IMG/VR virus record: IMGVR_UViG_3300008740_000712
Location: 32,001-96,000 of that record
Strand: one strand, 5' to 3'
Source of the DNA: a virus
Length of the DNA: 64,000 bases
A program made the position numbers and the translations under genes. Below are positions 27,701-36,384 of this stretch, piece after piece (within the stretch, counting starts at the first letter, position 1; each line of letters begins with the position of its first letter). Below the pieces are notes generated by a model. It had not been told where the DNA came from. It searched no databases and saw nothing but the letters and a program-made list of their open reading frames with translations.

Positions 27701-30700
27701 GGTTCAAGGCACTCTGACTATTGAGTCCAGCTCGTGACTGGTCGAGTCCCACATTGTGAATGATGTGAGTCTCTTTTATCCCATTGACTGAGGAACTCTC
27801 ATTTAAGAAGAATACTCCAGTGTTGTGCGATGTGGATATGGACGCGGTGAGTTCTGATGATGGATCTAACCCTCCACTCATTGGGGATTTGAGATTAACC
27901 GCAATACCCCCATGTGCCGAGTCCGAGGTTATAACGTGGTATCCGTCTCCGTCTAGTTTTGGAAGTATACGGGTTTCGACACCGTAAGCATACAGTACTC
28001 TGCCTGCGCTGGTTGGGGTTATAAGTGACCCGGTGACATCATCGTAGTCCACAGGATCGAACATATGCTGTCCCGTGGATTGTGATGGTCTATATTTGTA
28101 GACTCTTACCGATCCAAGAACACCGTGGGTGTAATCCTGCTGGTTGCCGATGGCACAAAAGATGCCTTGACTTCCCGAACATGCAGAAATTCTTCTGGGC
28201 AGATCACCTGTGCTGTCGTTGTCCCAAGTTATTGTATCGCATATTTCCCAGCCATCAGGGCCGAGTTTGTTCTTATAGAGGGATAGTCTATTTGGAGTAG
28301 ACTGTTCTTTTTCTCCGTAAGCAAAAGCAGCACAATAATACCCATCAGAACCAGAGAAGAAATCCGTTGCTGTTCCTCCAGCATCGTTAATAAAGGTATC
28401 TCCAGTAACATCTGAATATCCCTTGTAATTGACAAAACGATCCATCTCGACATTATCTCTAAGGACAACATCCATGTAATATGTCTTGCCGGCCTCAAAC
28501 TCTTGAAATTCTTTTTCTGGTTTTGAGATAAAATAATTTAATGTGCCTTCATCAAGGAAGAAGTCAACCGTTTCTGCCAAGAAGTTGTGCATTGCGAGTT
28601 GATAATTTGGTTTTGATGTGCCACCCCACATGGCATAGTATGGAAAAGTTGGGGACACCGGTTCAGTACTAACGTAGGAGGGAGTAAATCTGATCGGAGT
28701 TGATTCCGGAAGGTTGCCTTTTGGGTCATACAGAGTCTCGAATGGGAGTCTGTAGTCTGGAGTTGTGGTTAGGGAAAATTCCCTTTGAGGATTTTGTGCA
28801 GTTGTGGTGACAGTTGTCGCAGTTGGGACACTACCAGTGTAGACTGGGTAATCGACAGCATAACCCGATTTTATAGAGTTATATAGAATTCCCGGAGACA
28901 TAAATGCTTTTGCGAGAGCTTGGAGTCCCTGTGCTGGCTGTTGCGTGTTGGAGTCATCCTTGTACCCTCTGATGCTATCAGAAAAGGAGGAACTTAACTC
29001 GTGCCCTATCTGAACTGTTCTAGTTGCGGGGAAAAATCCATTATATGGTAAGAGTTTTTTTACTGCATTGCATTTAATCTTCAATTTCGATACCATCATT
29101 TCCGGATGATCATCGATAACCTGCTTGGCATGAGTCATCGGTTCGGTGGTCATGTGAGTGTCGAAGAAGTTTTCAGTACCGGTGTCGGCAATGTCACCTG
29201 TTGGCAGATTTGCCCCCTGTATACTAAAATATTCTGCCGGTGGTTTGTTGAAATTTAAATCTGAAAGATACTCCCCGATGTGATTTGATATTCTAAATTC
29301 TGGTATGATTCCCATGCCTACCGTAAGGGGTCGGTGGTTTTCCCTAAAAGAATCATAAGTTTCATGGCCAGGAGTTCTTTCTGCTATCTTCTCCGTTAAT
29401 CTCTCGACGTAATCAGTGAGAACATACCCGGATGAAGAAGATACATTTATGTTAGTATGTTCGACGAAACAAAGTGACGGTTGCGGGTCAATAGTGTAGG
29501 CACTCTCATCCGTGTCATGCATCAACTCACCCAATGCGGAAGAGTAGCTTGCAGATTGGGGAAATGAGCTTGCTCCATCAGTCTGCAACGGGAAGAATGC
29601 CAGGCTCTCCTTTTGTCGCGACAAAGCTGTTTGAGTTATTTTTAAATTCCGTATTGCCCAGTGGTCGTACTGGTATCCGGAGTAAGAGGTTTGAGCAATC
29701 CTTATTTCTGCACCGGTGTCTGGAAATACATTTCCACTGGAATCGACAATCTTTAGGCCGTTTGTGGGAATGTTACTCGACAAGCTTGTCCACATTGTGT
29801 TTGTGGCAAATTTAGTATAACCATCGTTTCCGAAGCGTGCCACTGTTGCCAGAAGGATTGCGTCTTCGGTGTTTCCAGTATTGCACTTCACCTTAGCAAT
29901 GGACCACGAGTCAAGTGAGTTGAGTCTATATTGTATAATTAAGTTCTCACCAGAATCAGGGTTCTCCAACCCAAGGGCATTGTAGGTTCCCTGAATAACA
30001 TCAAAATCCAGGTAAACTGTTCCCTTGACAACATTATTGAATTGCAAAAATCTTGCGGTAACTGACGTGTTTGTTGTGCCGAAAAGGAATGCCCAATTGC
30101 CTGCGGTTTCATCAAAGAGGACTCTTGATGATGCATCGGAAATAAAGTCTGTTGGAAGTGTCGTATTGAAATCGTACTCTGTCGTCAGTTCTCCCGTTAT
30201 TGACAACCCAGTGGTGTAATTTAAAGAATTTTTTGCTCCGGTGGTTCTCAATCTTGTTGGGTGATAGAACTTATTCTGCTTTCCGAATTGCTTATCATAC
30301 CCATAAGAACCGGTGCCGGACTCCTCGTCGTATTTCTCCCTTTTTCGCACTCGTTTAAGCCCCGAATATCTCCCGATTGGGAAAATAACTTCCGAGTACT
30401 TAACCCCGTTCACTTCTCTCAACGGATTGTTGGATATATTTGGATCAGGGTTTATGTACAGTTTTTTCAAACTATCATAAAAGGTTCCCTTCTCACCAGA
30501 AGAGATGCCTAAAAATGTTTCAACATCTACACCCTTCTGACTATCGAAGTAAACCAGTTCATTCGAAAACGTGCTTTTCATCTCATATTCTGCGTTTGTT
30601 GGATCGTCCCTCAATTTAACTCTGTGCTTGATCGGAAAGTATTTTGTTGTTACAGGAGTCTGAGTTATTGAGGTTATTGATTCTGGATTCTTGTTGTCCT

Positions 30701-31868
30701 CTCTCAGAAAGGAATATTGATTTGTTTCCCTAAGATATTTGGGATGTTGGTTGTCGTGCTTTCGGGTCTGTTCCCACGAGGAATGGCCATAACCAAAATT
30801 GTGATTATTGTTAGCAGAACTTGTAAAACCCTGAGATGTTGCGGTCAGAGGATCGTAATCATCCGTGATCGCTATTCTTCTCGGCTTCACCTCTAGTGCA
30901 AGATCATTGCTGTCTCTCTGGTATCCATATGCCACACTGGAAGTTACATTCTTATTGATCCAACTATACCCTAATTCACTTTGGGGGATGGCATGTTGAA
31001 CATAGTAATTATCATAAGAGCTTGTCGAGGATATTGGCAACTCGATGCCTCCGACTAATTTTGACAACGGGTTTCTGTTGACACCATGAAGTGAACCTGA
31101 TTGTATTGCCGAGTTTGAGGACGGCATATGGGTGGCAAGATTCCTTCTGTTAGCAATACGAACACTCTCATTCCTGAACGGTGTTGCATTGTAAACGGAA
31201 AACTCCTCTCCCGATGGGTTCAAAAAACCCCTAGACATAGTGTATCTGTCACCTGGTGCCGAGAACCTGCTTACAATAATTGATTTGTGCTTCGTTCTCT
31301 CTGGCAGATCAAACAAAGAATCCCTTGCTACAGGAAGGCTGTTGACGACATTTGATTCGAACGACTTTCTCTCCTGGAATTGTTGATAACTCTCCACACT
31401 TTCGGCAAAGTGTCGAGGGTTAGTGGTCCTTCCAACAGTTTGAACAACCTCGTAATTGTTAGAAAAGTTTCCAATGGCAATCGAACCCGTTGAGGTTCGA
31501 ATGTTGCGTATATTTACTGGCCTTTTGGCAAACTCATCCCTGTAGTAAATTGCCCTCGACTGATCGTTACCAAGTTGGTCAGAACCATATATCCTGAGTT
31601 GTCCCGATGATGGTACAATAGAGAATGCTTCTCCCCTAACAGATCCTTCTGTAAACAGTTCCTGGTGTCTTCTTTGGTGTCCTCCCACGAATTCGTTGGT
31701 AAACGGACCCTGCATAGAGGCATCACCGAAGGTTCCATATGAATCCATATGTAGGTTGGTAACATCAACACCTGATTTAAATTGGGCAAGAGTGCTATGG
31801 TATCCTCCGTCTGCGGAGGAACTATGCATCGTGAATGGGGCTCTATTTCTTGCTTTTTCTTTTGTCAT
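24762..31868 (-). CDS. Giant (2368-aa) virion protein with Reelin-like and beta-propeller-like segments
   Basis: Uninterrupted ORF, Ser/Gly/Thr-rich; poly-Pro and Lys-rich C-terminal tail. See findings for the domain evidence. Confidence 0.7.
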   Translation of the reverse strand: MTKEKARNRAPFTMHSSSADGGYHSTLAQFKSGVDVTNLHMDSYGTFGDASMQGPFTNEFVGGHQRRHQELFTEGSVRGEAFSIVPSSGQLRIYGSDQLGNDQSRAIYYRDEFAKRPVNIRNIRTSTGSIAIGNFSNNYEVVQTVGRTTNPRHFAESVESYQQFQERKSFESNVVNSLPVARDSLFDLPERTKHKSIIVSRFSAPGDRYTMSRGFLNPSGEEFSVYNATPFRNESVRIANRRNLATHMPSSNSAIQSGSLHGVNRNPLSKLVGGIELPISSTSSYDNYYVQHAIPQSELGYSWINKNVTSSVAYGYQRDSNDLALEVKPRRIAITDDYDPLTATSQGFTSSANNNHNFGYGHSSWEQTRKHDNQHPKYLRETNQYSFLREDNKNPESITSITQTPVTTKYFPIKHRVKLRDDPTNAEYEMKSTFSNELVYFDSQKGVDVETFLGISSGEKGTFYDSLKKLYINPDPNISNNPLREVNGVKYSEVIFPIGRYSGLKRVRKREKYDEESGTGSYGYDKQFGKQNKFYHPTRLRTTGAKNSLNYTTGLSITGELTTEYDFNTTLPTDFISDASSRVLFDETAGNWAFLFGTTNTSVTARFLQFNNVVKGTVYLDFDVIQGTYNALGLENPDSGENLIIQYRLNSLDSWSIAKVKCNTGNTEDAILLATVARFGNDGYTKFATNTMWTSLSSNIPTNGLKIVDSSGNVFPDTGAEIRIAQTSYSGYQYDHWAIRNLKITQTALSRQKESLAFFPLQTDGASSFPQSASYSSALGELMHDTDESAYTIDPQPSLCFVEHTNINVSSSSGYVLTDYVERLTEKIAERTPGHETYDSFRENHRPLTVGMGIIPEFRISNHIGEYLSDLNFNKPPAEYFSIQGANLPTGDIADTGTENFFDTHMTTEPMTHAKQVIDDHPEMMVSKLKIKCNAVKKLLPYNGFFPATRTVQIGHELSSSFSDSIRGYKDDSNTQQPAQGLQALAKAFMSPGILYNSIKSGYAVDYPVYTGSVPTATTVTTTAQNPQREFSLTTTPDYRLPFETLYDPKGNLPESTPIRFTPSYVSTEPVSPTFPYYAMWGGTSKPNYQLAMHNFLAETVDFFLDEGTLNYFISKPEKEFQEFEAGKTYYMDVVLRDNVEMDRFVNYKGYSDVTGDTFINDAGGTATDFFSGSDGYYCAAFAYGEKEQSTPNRLSLYKNKLGPDGWEICDTITWDNDSTGDLPRRISACSGSQGIFCAIGNQQDYTHGVLGSVRVYKYRPSQSTGQHMFDPVDYDDVTGSLITPTSAGRVLYAYGVETRILPKLDGDGYHVITSDSAHGGIAVNLKSPMSGGLDPSSELTASISTSHNTGVFFLNESSSVNGIKETHIIHNVGLDQSRAGLNSQSALNHHNARMGYPGTYDMINLDFKDTTTENSSSMNGILLVGGCGRAPAGGTSGAERGDIMLWYSGSLHGTASAYYKLSDGGNNDKFGSVVSACMNGTAPNQKYYFAVTSLPNTTSSPNRKAGAIHLFEGKVFQDYEDVPERDDVGSVVNNEFGEPVIVATVRDGPPRLEFSKTAEINLDWLTGSAISASNHPVEFGAQGSLYGQRYSLGLGSLLSIESSHHDHGTENQVYLSFGIDGAIYSGSADNSDRSPHLNAKGALCVTALDGNCSGTGSLAFLPVRTLQGMSSDYVYGGTALRDSIRGTLKIISGSEHPYNKGESLFVFSSPRQSESNDHLPSQASGKSYIFMHTGSAYLKQGNHIGTFNPDETPISSPQFSASLEFKSYYDYKQHGKLYGLPIDFPHDPAYCAYTPPSFYGTAIARVSFTPSVSGKYGVEEIFSNANVEYVNEVEESRVSTYGTHFIKNEFTQNQKESASTVASSVDLFGRTFDPTTTFQVLGSGDTAVPSTVSNDVSEENKRWVISTKFETPVLDFTASVADYSSSYSSNDGRAWNAHGINLDQDLELPRTMWTSYGVTPSSQNGIFFEIKESFSPAAYQDESKKIGSIIGNTGFTADSKKIGRVRGSKEISEAICIIPYVKSSKNSPETSYELYRDYYKEVSTADRILITTVRFNTPNLQRYSSDLGVKSSIGEFFKVISNRTRFAVENNLIEIERTEFDKQRKTYEESLGKIAVKKEDSFSGEEIRETSISRMIDGLKKYIVPPHFDPMRKDTNIRKPYAMYFMEVSHTLDQEDLNNIWQNISPDIAVNFETSEIEISHDINRHNFFGSNEQLREVIVGDLSFIIFKVKRRAKTNYFETTKDAGDDDRFKFDLKGGTSALVPEYSYNWPYDFFSLIENASISMELEMENPPPPQPPPPPPPEPEKKKARKEHIEKLAKQISAPRKVTSPHRPKRGPKKKAGNPYRSSPVPKKSPPRKPKKFKGIS

Positions 31869-31907
31869 ATGCTTTAACGATTATACCCTTCATTGGTTAT
31901 TTTTTAA

Positions 31908-34900
31908 CTAAGCAATCCTTTTGATGTTCACAGTGGATCCTGGGTTTGCGCGAAAATTAGTGCTCGTTTGCGAATCTATCGAGATCTGGATCGTGTCCGC
32001 TGCTGCCAGTGTGAAATATCCCGTCAAGGTTCTCGTAGCAGGATCAACCGAGCCATGGATGAAGGATTCGGTTGTTAGTATACTTGAATCATTTTTCCTG
32101 ATCTCGATGTCTATCTCCCCGCTGGCAGTGGTGCTGCTTTTGAGTTGCAAGACGCAGGTGACTTCGTAAACTCCCGCATATGCTATTGTGAAATCTCCAG
32201 TTGAACTTGCATAAGTTATCCCGTTTGATGCGTGGGTTGTTGTTGTTCCATTGTTCAATGTCGAATCAAATGGGTTGAAGGCGGTGGATTTATAGTCGGT
32301 GGCCGCCGTTATTGAGGTAGAAATGTATTGCTGCATCCTGTTAGCAGATATTTCTCCGGAAAAAGATGCCGATGCGTTGGTGAGGGTGAAACTGTCATCA
32401 AAAGTGCCAGCATCGGTGACGGAACCCATAACAATTTTTTGACCAGATTGTTTCCACCCGATCCAGCCACGTTCGTTACTGGCTTCACCGAAACCAATAA
32501 ATGCGTTTACACCAGTACCAGACTCTAACGAAATTCTCTTATTACTGCCATCGTCGGTTACTCCCAGGTTTCCTCCAACTGCCAAGGCGACTGTTGGAGT
32601 GTTCTCTCCAATACCAACTTCACCCGAGCTATCAATTGTCATTCTTCTTGCGTTGGCTGTCCCGAAATAGAGAGGCTGAGTTGCAGTGACATTAATGTAC
32701 CCTGCGTTATCCATATTGATAGAGTTGCCGTCAAGATACATGTTGCAGGCTTCGTCTGTAATTTTTACTGTCGCATTCCCTAGAGTTAGTCCACCGATGT
32801 CACCTACAGTTGCGTTTCTGTCAATGTGAAGTTGGGCAGCAGGAGAAGTCGTGCCAACACCAACTTTTCCATCGTCCATGATTTTCATTCTTGTGGTCGC
32901 ACCTGCGTATCTTGGAGAGGAGGCTTGACTGGTGTTTGTTTTTAGTTCGATTCCACCACCTGATGCGACTGAGTTAGCAAGAGTTAGGACATTGCTAGTG
33001 GTATAAATTGCACTCCAAGCACTTCCGCCATCTTGGATAAATTCTATGTAGGGAGTGTCTCCCTCCGCGTTATTATCTGTGTCTGCCTCTAGTCTCAGCA
33101 TTGCATCACCGGAAGTTCCAGCACTGACTTTTAACGCACCAGAAACTTCCACCTGCCCGTCGGCAATGACCATTTCTGTGCCTCCTCCGGCATCGCAAAT
33201 GGTTGTATTGCCAGTGTTTTCGGACCATCCTATTCTTCGGTGTCCGTCAGAATCCTGTATCTCAGCAGTGGTATTGGTCAACCGAAGTTGGCCTGTTTGA
33301 AGTCTGTTCGCATTTGGATTATACCCTATGTACTGATCTGTCTTGAAGGTTTGTCCACTGGTCGTGGTATGGTCATCTACAAATGGTATATACCGAGTAG
33401 TGTTCGTGGATGCATCTGCGGTGGTGTCCAGTGTTGAACCTCCCCCGATGCCTGTTAGGTTTGAACCATCTCCGTAGAAGGCAGAAGCAGATATGTTGAT
33501 GGAGGCAGACATGTTTCCAATAACTTCGACCGAAGTTTCGTAATCGTTTGCGTAATGGATTTTAAGCTTGGGGTTGCCATTCCTATCATCAAAAATTGTA
33601 GAAGCTCCGTCGGCAATTGAAATTCGACTTGTGCCACCGGAGTCTTTGATGTCTCCACCAGAAACGGTGAAGTCCCCATTGATAGCTAAGTCTCCGTAAA
33701 AGTATCCACCCCCCTTGTAATAGAACCCATAAGTTGAGTCGTACTTGAGATAGTTTGACGACGGACCTGTAGAAAGATAAACTGTGTCCCCTACCCAGAA
33801 GTCACCTCCTCGAACCTCTGAACCAGATACTCCGAGGGAGGCAGAGAAGGCACCGGGTACAGAAAGGGTGCCAGCTGGTGAAAGGACGGCCGCTTTGCCG
33901 GAAAGGATGTTGCCGGAAGAAGCACCATCAAGAAGACCAAGTTCCCCCGAAGTGAGTGATGCCAGTTCTGCCGCGGCACCAGACTGCATTCCCGAAAGAG
34001 TATCTAAATCTGCATCGTGCGCCTGAACGTCCGATCCGATTGCTACACCAAGATTGGTTCTTGCACCAGAAGAATTTGAAGCACCAGTACCACCATTAGA
34101 TAGTCCGAGATCGGTTCCTGACCAGTTTGCGTTATTGATTTTCACAGCAGAATTGAGTGCTGTTGCGGAAAGGACTTCATTGTTGTTTATTTTAAAAACC
34201 TTCCCGTTCGCAAGATCAATATGTTCACTTGAAGTCCAAGCATCTGTGGCATTAACCCAATTAAGTGTCTTATCACTGTCAGATGACTTGAGGGTAATTC
34301 CCCCGCCATCGACAGCTGAGTCATTCCCTTCCGAACCGCCGGGAGAATGTGCTAAGTCGATATTCTTGTCATCAATTTGTAGTGTGGTTGAGTTTACAGT
34401 AGTTGTAGTTCCGTTGACAGTTAAGTCACCAGTAACAGATAAGTCACCTGTGAAAGACCCTGTTCCAGCAACGTCAAGGGCAACAGAGGGACTTGCTATC
34501 CCCATGCCAATTTTTCCGTCATAAGTAATCACCATTCTTTGGGTTGGATCACCCATATGATCGGTATTCTCTTTTGTGTAAAACTGTAGTTCTCCTTTTG
34601 CTTCGGTTCCGAGATCCTTATAAATAATGGATGCCCCAATGCTGTCATCATTAATAAATCCAAGGCCAATGCCGTCATTGGTGGAAGTGCCTCCCTCCAA
34701 GAGAAGGTGATAATTGGTCCAAATGCCAACGTCAGAAAAAACATTCTTTGAAGGATCGTAAATCAACGTTGTATCTCCCAACATTGTTTTTCCATCTACC
34801 TCAAACTTATATAACCCCGTGGTGGGAACCTTATTGATTCCAACCTCCCCGTCCTCGGTGATCACCATTCTCTGAACTGGATCTGCTGAATTGCTTACGG

Positions 34901-36365
34901 AGGATTTTGTATAAAATTCTAGCCGTCCCCGTCCATAACCTCCCACGTCCTTATAGATAATAGCTGCTCCAACATTATCAGAAGATCCTAGTGCAATACC
35001 TGCACTTTGGTCGGTGTTATCATCACACCTCAAATACAAATGGTAGTTTGCTATGGCACCTACATCGGTGAGAGCGTTCAAACTTTCGTTGTGAATAGTT
35101 TGCTGTTTTGATGTTAGTTTTGTGCCATCGAAAAGCAAATTGGCAGATCCGGCGAAAGCACCACCGTTGTTATATTGAACATGAGTGCTTGAGCCCGCGG
35201 GTGAAGTTGTGATGTTAGACAGAGTAGATCCGTCACCATAAAACCCAGAAGCAGATATGTTGATGGAGGCAGAGACATTACCTGCGAAGGTTCCTGTTCC
35301 CTCCACGTAGAAGTTGCCGTCGCCGGGATCAACCATGCTAGATCCAACACGCAATGCTTTGGGTTTGAGGAAATCGTCTACCCACATATCCCCATAGGCT
35401 TGAACGTAATTTGTTCCAATGGTAAACATGGGTGTTCCATCATGTGCTCTAAATATGGTGTTGGCATCGTCACTCACTTGAATCCTTGATTGCCCTCCGC
35501 TGTCCCTGATGTCTCCTCCGGCAAGGTAAAAGTCACCTGATGCAGAGATGTCACCGACAACATTGAGTGCGTAATCAAGTCCAGAGTTTGTGTTGATTCC
35601 CACCTTATCATTAACGGCATCGACAAAGAAGGTGTCAGTATCCACTGCCAGATCTCCATGATCGTCAAGTTGCATTCTTACGGTATTGTCATCAAACCAT
35701 TTGAAATATCTATTCGTGTCATTGCCATCGTCGTCGATGTAAAAGAACATAGCACCATTGGAACGCAATGACATTGTGTTTGTGTCAGTGCGTAGAACCG
35801 GCGAATCTAAAGTTTGTCCATAAAAACCAGAGGCAGATACGTTGATGGAAGCAGAGAGATCCCCGATGACAGACAATTTGTGGTCAGGTGATGTTGTTCC
35901 AATTCCAAAGCTACCATTAGACAACATTCTCATCTTGGTGAATTCGGAGATGGTAAAATCAATATTGGTTGTTGCATCTAATTTTATTTCACCGGGAGAG
36001 TCAATTTCAAAATCATTTCCATTGCTGTAAATCTTTGCCCTATTGGAGTCTGCTTGTCGGAATTGAATGACTCCTCCGTGGGTGGCATGGTTAATTGTTA
36101 TAGTAGAATACCCTGAGTAATTTTGAGGAGAAGTTGTCCCGATGCCGACATTGCCGGTGATGTTTACCGTTCCAGTGAAGGTGTGCTTGTCATCGGAGGT
36201 GTTGCCAAACTCTGTGGAACCTGAGTTGTGAATTTTCATTGCTTGGATTTTTGTTTCTATGTATTCAAAAGATCCAGTTATTGCGTTTACCTTATTCCAT
36301 CGTTTTGAAGATGATCCTAATTCACCTTCCTTGTCTGCTCTTGGTACTATGTTTTTTGTAGCCAT
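31908..36365 (-). CDS. Long tail fibre protein with a C-terminal C1q/TNF-like domain
   Basis: Repeated GNVGIGTTSP/GKVGVGTTSP beta-helix motifs and SASINISASxFYG repeats. C-terminus FNPFDS...GITYASSTGDFTIAYAGVYEVTCVL matches the C1q fold pattern. Confidence 0.85.
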   Translation of the reverse strand: MATKNIVPRADKEGELGSSSKRWNKVNAITGSFEYIETKIQAMKIHNSGSTEFGNTSDDKHTFTGTVNITGNVGIGTTSPQNYSGYSTITINHATHGGVIQFRQADSNRAKIYSNGNDFEIDSPGEIKLDATTNIDFTISEFTKMRMLSNGSFGIGTTSPDHKLSVIGDLSASINVSASGFYGQTLDSPVLRTDTNTMSLRSNGAMFFYIDDDGNDTNRYFKWFDDNTVRMQLDDHGDLAVDTDTFFVDAVNDKVGINTNSGLDYALNVVGDISASGDFYLAGGDIRDSGGQSRIQVSDDANTIFRAHDGTPMFTIGTNYVQAYGDMWVDDFLKPKALRVGSSMVDPGDGNFYVEGTGTFAGNVSASINISASGFYGDGSTLSNITTSPAGSSTHVQYNNGGAFAGSANLLFDGTKLTSKQQTIHNESLNALTDVGAIANYHLYLRCDDNTDQSAGIALGSSDNVGAAIIYKDVGGYGRGRLEFYTKSSVSNSADPVQRMVITEDGEVGINKVPTTGLYKFEVDGKTMLGDTTLIYDPSKNVFSDVGIWTNYHLLLEGGTSTNDGIGLGFINDDSIGASIIYKDLGTEAKGELQFYTKENTDHMGDPTQRMVITYDGKIGMGIASPSVALDVAGTGSFTGDLSVTGDLTVNGTTTTVNSTTLQIDDKNIDLAHSPGGSEGNDSAVDGGGITLKSSDSDKTLNWVNATDAWTSSEHIDLANGKVFKINNNEVLSATALNSAVKINNANWSGTDLGLSNGGTGASNSSGARTNLGVAIGSDVQAHDADLDTLSGMQSGAAAELASLTSGELGLLDGASSGNILSGKAAVLSPAGTLSVPGAFSASLGVSGSEVRGGDFWVGDTVYLSTGPSSNYLKYDSTYGFYYKGGGYFYGDLAINGDFTVSGGDIKDSGGTSRISIADGASTIFDDRNGNPKLKIHYANDYETSVEVIGNMSASINISASAFYGDGSNLTGIGGGSTLDTTADASTNTTRYIPFVDDHTTTSGQTFKTDQYIGYNPNANRLQTGQLRLTNTTAEIQDSDGHRRIGWSENTGNTTICDAGGGTEMVIADGQVEVSGALKVSAGTSGDAMLRLEADTDNNAEGDTPYIEFIQDGGSAWSAIYTTSNVLTLANSVASGGGIELKTNTSQASSPRYAGATTRMKIMDDGKVGVGTTSPAAQLHIDRNATVGDIGGLTLGNATVKITDEACNMYLDGNSINMDNAGYINVTATQPLYFGTANARRMTIDSSGEVGIGENTPTVALAVGGNLGVTDDGSNKRISLESGTGVNAFIGFGEASNERGWIGWKQSGQKIVMGSVTDAGTFDDSFTLTNASASFSGEISANRMQQYISTSITAATDYKSTAFNPFDSTLNNGTTTTHASNGITYASSTGDFTIAYAGVYEVTCVLQLKSSTTASGEIDIEIRKNDSSILTTESFIHGSVDPATRTLTGYFTLAAADTIQISIDSQTSTNFRANPGSTVNIKRIA
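33482..35855. repeat. Three dispersed 28-nt direct repeats inside the tail fibre gene (33482-33509, 35246-35273, 35828-35855)
   Basis: CAGAAGCAGATATGTTGATGGAGGCAGA is identical in the first two copies; the third (CAGAGGCAGATACGTTGATGGAAGCAGA) has 3 mismatches. Confidence 0.9.
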
Positions 36366-36384
36366 CTATAAGTCCTCCAAATCA

